From: Syncephalis fuscata S228
Lineage: Eukaryota > Fungi > Zoopagomycota
Assembly (NCBI GenBank): GCA_025786725.1
Contig: JAHLTZ010000057.1
Location: forward strand, 18,998-82,997
Length of the DNA stretch: 64,000 nt
Direction: 5' to 3'
Below the pieces are notes generated by a model. The model ran no database searches. It had not been told where the DNA came from and saw only the letters and a list, made by a program, of their open reading frames with translations. Within the stretch, counting starts at the first letter, position 1. Each line of letters begins with the position of its first letter. The position numbers and the translations under genes were made by a program. Positions 40,801 through 53,130 of this stretch are shown in pieces.

Positions 40801-43587
40801 GCCAAAGCCCAACAAGACTTTATGGCAAGATATGCGCATTTAATGGAAGAAGACGACGAAGATGAAGATGAAGCGGCTAATGAAGATGATGAAGGTCAAT
40901 TAGATACAACACAAAATACTAATGAAAATGACGAGGCTAATGAAGATGACGATGAGGATGATGCAATGGATACATCTTCTGCATCAGTTGACATCAATGT
41001 ACCAGTACCACCATGGCAGTATTCAACCGGCCCATGTATGGTGTGTAAAGAAGAGACCGGTCCCGGTGATGTTTATGGCATGTTGGGATTAGTACAGCCA
41101 TCTACGCATATGAGATATACAACACTCTCAGATGCTGATCAAATGGTAGAAGCACTCTATATGCCTAATGATCTATCCAGCGATCTTAGTGAATGGCGTA
41201 ATGAGCAGGCCACCGCCAATATGCGTGGTAAGCCATGGCTTGGTCGTGGTAAACCATTAAGACGACGCCCAGGCCTTGTTGTATCTACGTGTGGTCACTT
41301 TGTGCATATGAAATGCTTCGATTCCTATTGCACATCTATTCAACAACGACACCACCAACAACCAACACGTAATCATCCAGAAGATGTGAAGCGTAAAGAG
41401 TATATGTGTCCATTATGTAAATCATTGGGTAATCTATTTCTACCAATGATGGGTCGGAATGAACAAGATGTACTTTGTAAAGGCACGACATTTAATGCAG
41501 ACCAATATGCACACTGGTTAAGTGCTAGCGTGCCCACATTTATTGATGCCATACGTGGAAATGACACGGCACCCAATACGAAGATTGTACCGCCTCGACG
41601 TCTTTATAGTCGATTTGGTAAACGTAGTCAAGATGCATCAGATAATGGTGCGGATAGTATGAGTGGTGAAGCAATGTATAACCGAGTCATGGATACAACG
41701 CGCGGTAATCCAATATCGCCACGTAATAGTCTAATTGAAGGATCGATATTCTCATTAGTTGAAGGATTTATACGTGATATATTTGCCAATTCAATTGGAT
41801 CAGAAGAGAATGTACTTGAACACTTACAATCAGAACATGTGGTACAAGTGATGGGCAAGGATCCATCGAGTATTGACTTGGGGGCCATTCAACGGTCATT
41901 TGGTCGCATGACCGAGACGCTACACATTACATGGCGACATGCCGGTATTGAATGGTTTGAACAAGTGCCGTGTAGTACACACATTAGAACGGCCGATCTA
42001 TGGGCTGATACGTTTGGTTATACGGTGTCATGTGCAGAGATTGCGGCGCGTGGTACATCATCGAGTGAATCGGTACTCGACACGATACCGGAGACGACAC
42101 GTAATCTACTAAGACATTTTGGTGAAGCGATGGCTACATTAACGGCGATACTAGCCAAGAACCACCAGGTAGAGGTAGCGTTGCGTGGACATGCGCTAGG
42201 ACGGCTTCAACAGTTGGGCATGGTGCCTAATGAGCATGGTGCAGAACTCAAGGCACTATTACACGATGATATGTTCCTTGTGTTTACTGAACTGGCACTC
42301 TATGCTATTCCAACGTTGAAATTGGACTGGCAGCCTATTCTATGCACACTGTATATTGCCGAATTGGTAAAAAATATACTAGCCTTGACAGAGCGAGTAA
42401 GTGACTTGTCTGCTACTGCCACGGCCATTACAGCGCTATCGATTAGTCAGTCGACCAAGACGGCCGCATTGAATGAACTGCGTGAAGTGGTTATACCAGT
42501 AGACGATACGCGTTGGTCAGCATGGACACACGACACTGCCGACGGTATAGACGAAGAAGAGGCTGCACTAGCAGCTATTGCTGGTATCATTGGGCAAGTG
42601 GATATTGATGAGCGAAGAAAGCGACTATCCGATGCACAGCTATACAAGCTAGTGTGTACATTTACACTGCCATTCCTGCGCCGCTGTCTACTACTACTTC
42701 ATACGCGATTTAATTATACACCGCCATCAGCAAATACTAATGAAGGTGAATTTGCCCAATTACGTCAACAGCTTGGATTGCCATCGTTTGTACAAGTAGC
42801 CCATCAGTTATCTAATAGTACTACAGGTGAATTGTATCGTATGGTTCAGTATTGGTGTGAACTACATCGCGTACAGACCCATGCGGTTATTATAGCATTA
42901 GCCAATTTACTAAAAGAGAAGAGTAACGGGGAAAACCACGATGATAATAGTGTATGGGTACTGAATCAACTACAGCAACAAGCGAGTATCCAGCTAGCAT
43001 CACCGGTAGTGTATGAATTAGTACCACTACCGCATAGTATGGATCGACTATTTGAACTAACGATGCGGCGGACCTGTCGCAAATGTCGACAAATACCTGG
43101 ACAGCCGGCGATCTGTCTAATCTGTGGCATTATTCTATGTAGTCAGAATTTCTGTTGCAGTTCAGATAAACACGGCGAGTGTTACTCTCATATGAAATCG
43201 TAAGTAAAATACATATACACATATATATATATTAATTAATGTTGTGGTTGTAGATGTTGTGGTGAAGTGGGTGTGTTTTTAATTCTAAAACGTTGTATTG
43301 TTTTACTACTACATCGTGAAAGTGGTTGTTTTGTTACAGCGCCTTACTTGGACGTTCATGGAGAAGCCGATATTGATTTAAAGTAAGTAAAAATACCATT
43401 AGTATTTATTATTATAATGCCTCCTACTAATCATTATTTTATTTTATTTAGACGTGGATTGCCACAGTTCCGTAATATGAGAGCTTATGATGATTTGCGC
43501 AAGAAATGGTTAAACCAAGCAATTGCCATTAATGTGGCACGACAAATCGAACAAGCATACGATGTTGGTGGCTGGGAGACCTTTTAG
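36179..43587 (+). CDS. UBR1: N-recognin E3 ubiquitin ligase UBR1/UBR11 (multi-exon)
   Basis: UBR box CGHVFKSGESIYRCR/TCGMDETCVLCAPCF...HEGH...GGCCDCGDTEAW; ClpS-like VLLWNDEVHSF; LLFDLRLWKKAR; VSFHHPMHWLL; GLWVRNG; RING STCGHFVHMKC...EYMCPLCKSLGN; C-terminal APYLDVHGEAD; two apparent 1-nt deletions near 39090 and 39190. Confidence 0.96.
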
Positions 43588-43861
43588 ATGTTTATATGAC
43601 ATATATATATACATATATACAACTATATAATAAATCTTAAAATGAATAGGCATAAATAGTTTATTATCAACTAGTATGTGGTAAATGATTAGTGCTGATC
43701 GATAATCGATAACAATTTAGATTCAGATCAGATTTAAATGTTAATGTGAAAGTTTTGTTATAAATAAATAAATTGTATTAGTAATCGACTATACAACTTT
43801 TAACCATTCCCGTTGTTATTCATATCCCCTATCTTATCGTCAGTTTAGCATAGGCACCGCC

Positions 43862-44909
43862 ATGGTTCCACGCAGCAATTCTACTACTACAGCTGCCGTC
43901 TCACCCAAGGAAATGTGGGTGTTTGGCTATGGCAGTTTAATATGGAAGGTTGACTTTCCATACGAAAAACGGTTAGTGAATGACATAGCTAGACATGAAT
44001 AATAATAATAATAAATCTATTTAACTTTTGCATTTAGTGTCCCTGGGTTTATTCGCGGTCATGTACGTCGATTCTGGCAGGCAAGTGTTATGATATAGCT
44101 ATTTATTGTTAATAGTAATGGCAACAACAACACAATACGGCGTAAATGACTATTAGTCAAGTACCGATCATCGCGGTACTGAAGCGTATCCAGGCCGAGT
44201 CGTTACTCTTGTGCCGCAAGAAGAATGGTCACTAATGAACGATGTGGTATGTGCTGTACAGGACGATGGACGGGACTCAATACTAATATGATAAATAGCA
44301 TGTACAAGAAGAAGGAGAAGTTACATGGGGAGTTGCTTATAAAATAGCTGATGACAAGATTGAAGAAGTGCGGGCTCATTTAGATTATCGTGAAAAGGTA
44401 ATAGTGAAATAAATTGCACACTAAATTACTGTACTAATTGATATCATAGAATGGATACACGACACATTATGTTGATGTATTTCAATCAGAGAACAGGATA
44501 CCGGTGGTTGAACAGGTTCGTAATAGACATAAATAGAGGAAGGCCATTTGTTATGGATATCCATTACTTATTTATACACTTGTTTATTGTGTCTAGGCAA
44601 TGATTTACATTGGCACAACGTCCAATAGCGAGTTTTGTGGGCCAGAATCAGTGGATCAGATTGCCGAACGAATTGCCAAAGCGATTGGTAAGTTGCAAGT
44701 GGAGGGATAGAGGTTGGATATATACAATGTTTATATTGGATATCGACTACTACATAGGTCCAAGTGGTCCTAATCAAGAGTATCTTTTTAACTTATGTGG
44801 TGCACTGCGTTTACTTGCACCTCAAGTACAAGATGTGCATCTTTTTGAGCTTGAAGCAAGAGTAAAACAATTGCAAGAGCAGCTACAGCAACAACAACAA
44901 CAACAATAA
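43862..44909 (+). CDS. ChaC-like glutathione-specific gamma-glutamylcyclotransferase (multi-exon)
   Basis: [71 protein letters not shown]; one GC-AG intron (donor 44081). Confidence 0.94.
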
Positions 44910-45359
44910 ATATAGATTTTGTTATTCATTATTAACCACACGATATAACATATAACAATTAATTAGTGTTTGATGATTGATTACATAAATGACCGAATAG
45001 TTGGTCATTTTAAATATAGATAATTACAACAGTGTATGTTTTATGCAAGTATTAATTGGGCAATATAATTAGAATTAATACCACTTGTCTAGTTAGTAAA
45101 AATATATTGAAGTTTTAAAAAGAAATTGAAATAGCACGTTTAACACCTATATAGTATTCTACATGCAACATTGATACAACTCAGTTGATTCAGTCCTAAA
45201 TGATTTATGGAATGATAATAGATATGATTTAGCATATAAATTTACTAATAAAATTTATAAAAGTGAAAACAATGCTCTTTAAATGATTTTAGTCGTCATT
45301 TTTATAAGCCGATCAAGCCGTCTAATATTGGTAGATTTCAATACTATTTGTTTGAATTT

Positions 45360-46273
45360 AATGGCAAAGAGATCACAACCACATGCACACGGTCCGAGAT
45401 TGATGCCAAACGTTTATATATGGTCAGAGATGTAATATAATTAATGGTTTACTTGATATTTGCTCATTTTAATTGATAGGCTTTAAAAACTCATTAACGC
45501 TTAATAACAACGGCCGGAACTTTGTCACTAAGGTGGAGCACTATGTATTGGCAGAACAACAATATTATTGTTTCGATGACGATCCGACGAAAGACAACTT
45601 TTTACATTAATTGCTATAATATTGCTATATAAAATTATTTATCATATAATTAGGTGTTGCTTATCTACATCGAAACGGCATTGTTTATCGTTTAATTGAT
45701 GAGAATGGTAGGTCAGCAATATGTATTTATTCTAAACAGGCCCTAACAATTATATAGCCATCAGTGTTGTGGCTAAGAACCCAAAGGCACCAATGGCAAG
45801 AATTAGCAGCTACTATGCGGCCGAAAAACTGATTTACACTTTGGATAAAACGGTAAAACCAATAAAGGTTTTGATTAATTTTCTAGGCTCTACACCACCC
45901 GAATCATTTGAGATGGATTCAAACTCGAATTTGGGCTACAAAATGGTTTCAATCGATGCCTGCAAAGCCGACACTTGGTCAATTGGTGTGTTGCTTTTTG
46001 ATATGGTCTACGACCAATCGTTTCGCTATTATATATTAAAACGGTTTAAGGATAAAGGCAACAAGTAGCAAGCATTTAAAGCAATGACATCAAATAATTT
46101 AAATTCAATCTTGGATATAATGCAAAACATGGCAAAATGATCCCTAAACATAGTCATTTACCATTAGAAATTGTATAAATGCTACGACTTCTACTGGCGC
46201 CCAATCCTCACGATAGACCCACGCCACAAAGGTTTGTAGATAAGTATATTACTAACTTTTTTAAGACGTTTTA
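45360..46273 (+). pseudogene. Degenerate protein kinase-like gene
   Basis: GVAYLHRNGIVYRLIDEN (HRD lost), ARISSY (DFG lost), TPPE, KADTWSIGVLLFDMV, LLLAPNPHDRPT; internal stops (TAG 46066) and frame breaks; 5' limit approximate. Confidence 0.7.
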
Positions 46274-46454
46274 AAAAGCTATTGATCAAATAATAATTGC
46301 TTTATTAGTATTAATCCGATAATATAAATGACAATAGTCACATTGAAGATATATTAATGAAATTTATTGAATTTAAAACCATTTATTTACATCCATATAT
46401 ACACGATAGCACGTAGTTTAATAATCATTTTGGACCCTCCACACTAGTGTATTT

Positions 46455-46915
46455 TTAAGATAAAACCATAAGCTTATTACAAGTTTGCACAGTTGAATAG
46501 GAACAATTAGATGCAAACTTGCTGGTAAAATAATGATTCCATTGATTAAAGACTGGATAACTGGAGCATTGGCCAAAACTTGATGTATAGATAGACAGGA
46601 CGGCGTAGTTGTCAAATGGTCTTGCTTTTCACCGAATATATACCTAAAGTGTTTGGACTAGTGGTTTGATTGCCCTATCAGTACTAACGTCTTGAAAGTA
46701 ATTATGGAGCGCATTCCGCAGTTTTGCTACACTTGTATTTACAATACCCAGGGAGTGTCGCAAATGTGACCCAGCGATTTCCTGTGTGCATCTGTCAATG
46801 CAGCTTTGACATTTAACAAGATCACGACGAACTAAAGCTGGTTTAGCATCCACCATAGCTGTACTGGCCACAAGGCCACAACAATGGTGCAAACAACGGC
46901 AATAAAAAGCTTTAT
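46455..46915 (-). pseudogene. Decayed small secreted Cys-containing protein gene
   Basis: ATA in place of ATG, then KLFIAVVCTIVV.LVASTAMVDA (signal-like), KPALVRR (Kex2-like site), DLVKCQSCIDRC..., intron, VYIR*KARPFDNY...GQC...NCSYSTVQTC; TGA at 46629-46631. Confidence 0.5.
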
Positions 46916-47159
46916 AGTGATATTGATTTATTAAGACAAACAAATAAAAGAGATAGTGGAGTGTGGTTGATATAAAGTGTATGTTAGTGCCTGTTTAGTA
47001 AGAAGTAGAGCGCGATCACATTAGTGTAGAAATCCTGTCTGCGATCTATCTTTTATTAATTGACACCGCTTATTCACTAACGATCGCCACTCCATTCTCT
47101 AGTGCGTATTTACTATACAACACGCTTCATTCTTTTAATCCTTTGCGTTTCTGGCCAAT

Positions 47160-48716
47160 ATGTCGACAGCAGCAACCGCCGGGTACGTAGCCAAAACCGG
47201 CTCAATTGTACTGCCTAATAGATATTGCTTAGTAGTGGTAGAGATAGTCGGTCCAGTTCGTCTCATCCGGTTGAAGGACGATCGCGTCCCAAAGCACAGG
47301 CTCAGCAGCATAATGACTTTCTATGCCGTCCACGTTATGCTGGCAGCTGCCACAGCTGCCATTCCCTCCCAAACTTATCAAGCTACCTTCTACGGTCGAT
47401 CGTTTTAGCAACTATCATCATACGTCCTTGGTACAGAAAACTATGTATCCATTAATGACGAATTGGGATCTTGGTATGCCAGTGGAATCACCAGAACTTG
47501 GACTATTTGACGTGGCAGCAGGTAAGCCGCTAGCAGGTTAAAGCGTTTAAATTATTGGGTAGCATTATCCAGTTAACAATACAATGGTGGCGGTAGGTAT
47601 GGATCGGCCACAGCCAGCAGGCACTCTACTTGATCCAAAAGATCAAGCATTACTGGTAAAGCCGATGGGCATTAGTGGCAGCAATGGACATGCAGATGGC
47701 CGTAAATCAAGTACGGGACTATTAAATGCCGGATCACCACGGAGTAGACCAAATGTGCCATGGCTACGTCGAACCGAATACATGTCGTTAGAGATGGGTC
47801 GTAATAGTTTGCATAAAGCTCCATCCCACTCAAAGTAAGTCTTTTAGCACACCACTGATCATATTAGCATGGCTAAAAGTAGCAAATATCGGCTAGAGGC
47901 GGGCAGTCTACAGAAGCAAATATACGTGCACTAGATTGTTCACGGGAAGCACAATTAGAGATTATTGATGCATCGTTCAAAAAAGCTGTTCAGCTTGACT
48001 TGACAAAACTCAAACATCCATCTAAACCGCATCTTAAAGCAGTTGATTCAATTCCATTATTGCCATCACATGTGGGCCATAAAACGATCGATGCAATGGC
48101 CAGCGATGCATACACCCACTGTGTACTGGAACAGCCACCAGGTGCACAGCCTAACGTGGACAATGTACGTAGTATTTTAAGTTTATTAGAAATAATTTTA
48201 ACAAACAAAATACTAGTATTCCTCTAGCAACTCGATGGCTATAAGAAAAGCAAAAGAGGCCATTTTTAAGCCGATGGAAAACGAAAGAAGCGGAGAGAAA
48301 TACCTGGCATGCTTTTTGCCTACCGAAACGACCGTAAAACATATAGAAGAGGGCGAGGACGCTTTAGATAAGGTTAGCCGCTTTACTTGCATACAATTAC
48401 TATGACTAAATAACTAAATACTGACACTACTAGATGTCACTTGATTACAATCTGGCACGCGATTACAGTTACGAAGCAACGCCTACAGAAGGTGGAAGAC
48501 AGGTTATGTTGTTTATACGGCCCGGAGAGTATGCAGGATACGCGCAATTACCCACAAAGCTTGTACTGCGTAGAAGACGCCGATTGGTAAGTTAATGAGT
48601 GTAAGTTGCTTATTTTACTAAACAGTCATTATGCGTATTATTTCTACTTTCAGGGCAATGACAACGAAATGGATCGGCCACAAACGATGGTCGTAGAAAT
48701 AAACGATAAGAATTAG
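47160..48716 (+). CDS. PAF1: RNA polymerase II-associated factor Paf1 (multi-exon)
   Basis: DFLCRPRY..QLPQLPFPPKL, LLDPKDQALL, RPNVPWLRRTEYMS, QLEIIDASF, LTKLKHPSKPHLKAVDSIPLLP, YNLARDYSY; one apparent 1-nt deletion near 47342; stop TAG 48714-48716. Confidence 0.9.
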
Positions 48717-48768
48717 TTTTACTTGTAATTACGCATTTTTGTTATAATAATGACATTGATTAAATTTA

Positions 48769-49500
48769 TTAAAGAAATACGAGAACATCGTACGTGTCAC
48801 TATTGATCTCTTTGCCATTGTACGTGAAACTAGCACTTTGCTTGTAATCATCGCCTGTTTGTCCAACTTGTAGCGTATTCTTGTAGTTGATACGAGCAAT
48901 ATAACGCTATCCTATTGTTAATACGCCAAATCATTGCTTTATCCAAGTTACCTACTAGATGTTGGCCGCTATCGTCTTGACTTTTAGCGCCTTCAACCAG
49001 ATGCCATTGAGATTGAGGGTCATTCAATAGCGTAGTATGTGGCACCCATCGAAGATACGAAGCCTCACCGCATAGTACATAGTAGTCGTCTAACTTCAAC
49101 TCCTTGCCTACATTTACGTTATTCCTATTAATCTTACTTTAAAGTCATTAATTATAATAGCCATCATTACCATTACATCCAATTAATAATCCTTTAAATT
49201 TTGCTGACAGTTTACCAACATAGAGTACATTATTGTACCAGCCACTGATAATGATTAGTACAGCACCGTTAATTTTGACTCTGTTACTAATAAAATGATT
49301 ATATACTTGCCGTCCAATAAATAGCTGTCTACCATTCTTATCAATACCTCCTTGGATGGCATTTCTCGGAATGGCCCTGTCATGGCATAAATATATTATA
49401 TCGATGGCTATAGTATCTATATCATTTATGCCTACCCCAAATGGGCATAAATCCAATTAAATTTGGGCGGACTACTTGAATTGGTCGATGAAAAAGACAT
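48769..49500 (-). CDS. DM9/DUF3421 repeat protein (putative lectin)
   Basis: WIYAHLG/AIPRNAIQGGIDKNGRQLFIGR/GWYNNVLYVGK...GKELKLDDYYVLC..YLRWV...RYIARINYKNTLQVG...YNGKEINSDTYDVLV*; two DM9-type repeats. Confidence 0.8.
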
Positions 49501-50429
49501 GACGTTAATAGAAAAAGAAAGGGATTATTAGTAGAGCATGGATACAGAGTAAAACACTTTGTTTAAGACTAAATAATGGACACCGAAAGTAAAACAAATA
49601 AACAGAATTATAACAGACGTATGTAGTTGAGTTTATTCCTGCTTTTCTCCTTCTGTTTTAGATGCCGTGCTTGCAGGCAGCCATTGAACTGGATTGCGAG
49701 TATAGAATGACCAAGTTGGAGCACAGACCTATTAAACATATATGAATAACACAGTCCAGCAATCTGTAGATTACTTACAAAAAGTGTGATAACATAGCCG
49801 ATAGCATACACAATCAGCATACTGCCCACCGACTGGATCCAGTAGCCATAAGCGAAGCTTATTACCTATCATATCGATGCGATTACTTGCGCGATTCAAA
49901 TAAATAGTAGTTAACACTTACGATATTCAGCATAAGAAGCTGTTGCGATAGCTGTTCAGATAGCTTCTGTCCTTCAAAATCCTAAATGTATTGGATTACT
50001 AATAAGCCTTTTAGGCTGTTACTCAAATGATGTTACTACGTACGATTTCTCCATCTATCCACTGCTTCCATTCAGATGTGGCCATAGTGATGTTAGACAG
50101 TAATACCAAGAGATTCGATGGGAAAATAAACAAAAACGATTGAGCAATAAGAAATAGAAAGAGATGTATGTGTTGTGTGTGTGTGTGTGATATTGTAGTA
50201 ATGTGTGAATGTAATAACTAGTTGATCACCACTATATTGTGTCACTAAACGATACACAGTACGTTGAATACATGTATATATAACACGCTTGGTCAATAGT
50301 CGTTTATAACAATAATTTTTAGTTAGTATAATAGTAAATAATGGTTATTATTAAATCAGCCATAGCATCACAATAGATTAGCAATATTAAGTAGAGAAAA
50401 GTCTATTGCATGTGAATACAACGAGTAAA

Positions 50430-50820
50430 AGAAGCGAAATAAACTAAGCTTTACAACGAATACAGCCAACAATAAACAAACAGTTTCTACAAATATAATG
50501 CAATTATTAACCTATAAATGATATATAACGGTGTGAATGGGCAATGAAAAAACATGAATAGCAGTACTGTAGTTGTGTATATAACGCAATGAGTGGAGTG
50601 TATTGGAGTATATAAACAATAAAATGTGTCCAGTATATCCTAGAATGATACATGGTAGTGTAGGACAGAGCGATAATGATATAGGTAAATAGAGGATATA
50701 TGTATACTGGATAACGAGTCTACAATAATAAGTATTTGATGATTGATGTCATTCACCACCCATCATTATGTTCAATAGATTGGATGTTATTAAATGTTAG
50801 CCATTTAATTTACAAATCAT
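50430..50820 (-). repeat. Family A repeat arm
   Basis: ATACTGGATAACGAGTCTACAATAATAAGTATTTGATGATTGATGTCATTCACCACCCATCATTATGTTCAATAGATTGGATGTTATTAAATGTTAGCCATTT matches 12120-12217 and 58664-58768. Confidence 0.85.
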
Positions 50821-51578
50821 ATTAATTTTTTAATAAATTTTATACAGAACAAACTATTTAATAACATGCAATGACGTACACTTAAATAACCTTTAAGCTG
50901 TTGTTGACAGTATTGTTTTATAACGATGGCTACTGTTCAAGTATGATGATACTATAATAAAGGTAGAACAACATTCTAATGGTATATCGAATAGATAAGT
51001 AGATAATTATACATATTTATTAGTTACATTAGTGTGATAAGGCGGAACTACTTGAAAATTATATATTCGTTATAATTAAAAATATAACTTAAAAGGTATT
51101 AAATTAAGCGGGTAATCCACACAGTCATGTTTCTGGTGATGATTATGTTGAAGCAGAACATCAGTTAGCTACTTTAACTTGTTTATTCATAAAATGGACA
51201 ACATCAACTATGGTAGGAATTTAAAACAGTTGCTTATTAATTATGGATAAAAGTGTAGAACATTTATAAGAAAAAGCACATAATGTGAGCAAAGTAACTA
51301 GTGCTTGAAAGTATGCTAAAGCACAGCAGCACAACGGAAATATAAAATGTTTTAATACTTCCAAATACAATGTTATTTAAGCTTTTTAATGACACCGCAA
51401 ACTATTTTATACTCAACAGCATCGAGTGTTTGTGATTAAGATATTTAGTTGGTTTTTACTGGATTGCCAAATTAATTTACTTAATTTATTCAATTCTTAT
51501 ATTTAAACGGTCAGCTTTTGATTTGAAAGCGAGTGACATAGTAAAAACAGCTTCTTCGTTTTATTGTTTATTAGAAAC

Positions 51579-51835
51579 ATGATCAACATTTATATTGTAC
51601 ACCAATGCCCGGAGTGCGCTCATCCCCCGTTTTTAAACGCTGAGGGATTGCGTAATCACTTATCAGATCATCATTCAATCAATATAGAACTAGGAAGAAG
51701 ATATCGCCGAAAAGACAGTTTTATGGTGAGGTTGTTCGATACACCGGAGACGGTGTTATCAGCCATTACGGGTGCTGCTTTTGCAGCGCTTATTTTGAAA
51801 AAATTGTAGATTTAAAAGCTCACATCGAAACCGCG
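51579..51835 (+). pseudogene. Two-C2H2 zinc finger gene fragment
   Basis: HQCPECAHPPFLNAEGLRNHLSDHH, then after a 1-nt frame shift near 51755 HYGCCFCSAYFEKIVDLKAHIETA, followed by donor GTAAG at 51836. Confidence 0.55.
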
Positions 51836-52669
51836 GTAAGATTGGGCACGCAGTAAGTATTGCAATATAATTACAGTAAACATACATTATTAATCATTAA
51901 GCTAATTCTTTATCATTTAGGTAAAAGTTTTTTATTCGTTGCAAATTAATCAGCTGTCGCTGTTTTACAAATGTTAACAGCTATACATGTCATATTTAGT
52001 ATTACCGATGATTTTATCGCTATTCTGCCTACAATTTATTTTTATATTTGCTGGCTATAAAGTACCTATAACATTCTCAATAAACAATACAATGCATTTC
52101 TGATACATATGTACACAGTATTTTAATTAGTAGATATTTTATAATAATAAGCTTTGTTTGATATAATTTCTATTGCAGCTAATCAATAACATATAGTATA
52201 GCATACAACATGTTACACTAACAAGCAATAATAAAGCATATTAATAAGAAGCTAGCATATGTTTAATAATAATAAAAATAGCACATACTTATATTTGCCT
52301 ACACATTTTAAATTTTATAGCTATTTGCAATTGTTTATAGCGGTATATAGTCTTATAGCTGTTTGTTTATTTATTCGTTATCTATATAGATTTATAGTTG
52401 GTCATATAGACATATATCAACTTGTAGTGTAATTAAAATAGCTGGTTGATAATATAACCGTGTAATTATTCATATAACTGTATAATCATATGATGATCTA
52501 GCTAGTTGTATATTATCAGTATGCTATCTTCATTCCACTTGGCACTTTTCTATAGCACTGTATGTCTAATCATCTATTTTTATAGCCTACTGATTTTTAA
52601 TTATAGTCTTATTATAAACATCTGTTCATTGGGTCAATGTGTATCATGTTATTTATCATATTATATTTG

Positions 52670-53130
52670 TTTAATCATTACATCATCACATGTGGTGTGA
52701 TTTGGGAGACAAATGACTAACCTCTAATAACATCCAATCTATCGAACATGACCATTGGCGGTGAGTGACATTAATCATCAAATACTTATTATTGTAGATT
52801 TGTTATCCAATATACATATATCCTCCATTTACTTACATATTTCCATTTCATTCCACACTACTATATACCATTCTACGATATGCTAGACATGTTTTATTGT
52901 TTATATGCGGCAATACACCTCACTCATTCCACTTATTGTGCTATATACACTATAAATTTAACATCGTTTTATATGCTTTCCTACCGTACATTTATCATTT
53001 TATGTATCATTTTATACTTGCATAGTTTTTCTGTATTGAAAAGTATTTTTATTTTGTTTTAGCTTTATTATTAATAAATATCAACTAATATCACTCATCT
53101 GTTCATGCGTATACGCTCAATAACTTTACC
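52670..53130 (+). repeat. Family A repeat arm (long form)
   Basis: TTAATCATTACATCATCACA...GACAAATGACTAA..TAATAACATCCAATCTATCGAACATG...GTGAGTGACATTAATCATCAAATACT...GCTCAATAAC aligns over ~450 bp with the reverse complement of 58335-58810. Confidence 0.85.

Noticed and set aside
21016-44909. CDO1 + UBR1 + ChaC as a Cys/N-degron or thiol-sensing gene cluster
   Set aside because: The dioxygenase has CDO1 features (YTRNLV Arg, Cys-Tyr pair) and acts on free cysteine; N-terminal Cys oxidation uses ADO/PCO-type enzymes. The genes are separated by unrelated loci, so proximity is likely chance.
31149-46631. TGA reassigned to Trp (alternative genetic code)
   Set aside because: Conserved genes here use TGG for Trp, and several (TMEM19, ZIM17, RRM-like) end in TGA; in-frame TGAs occur only in decaying genes.
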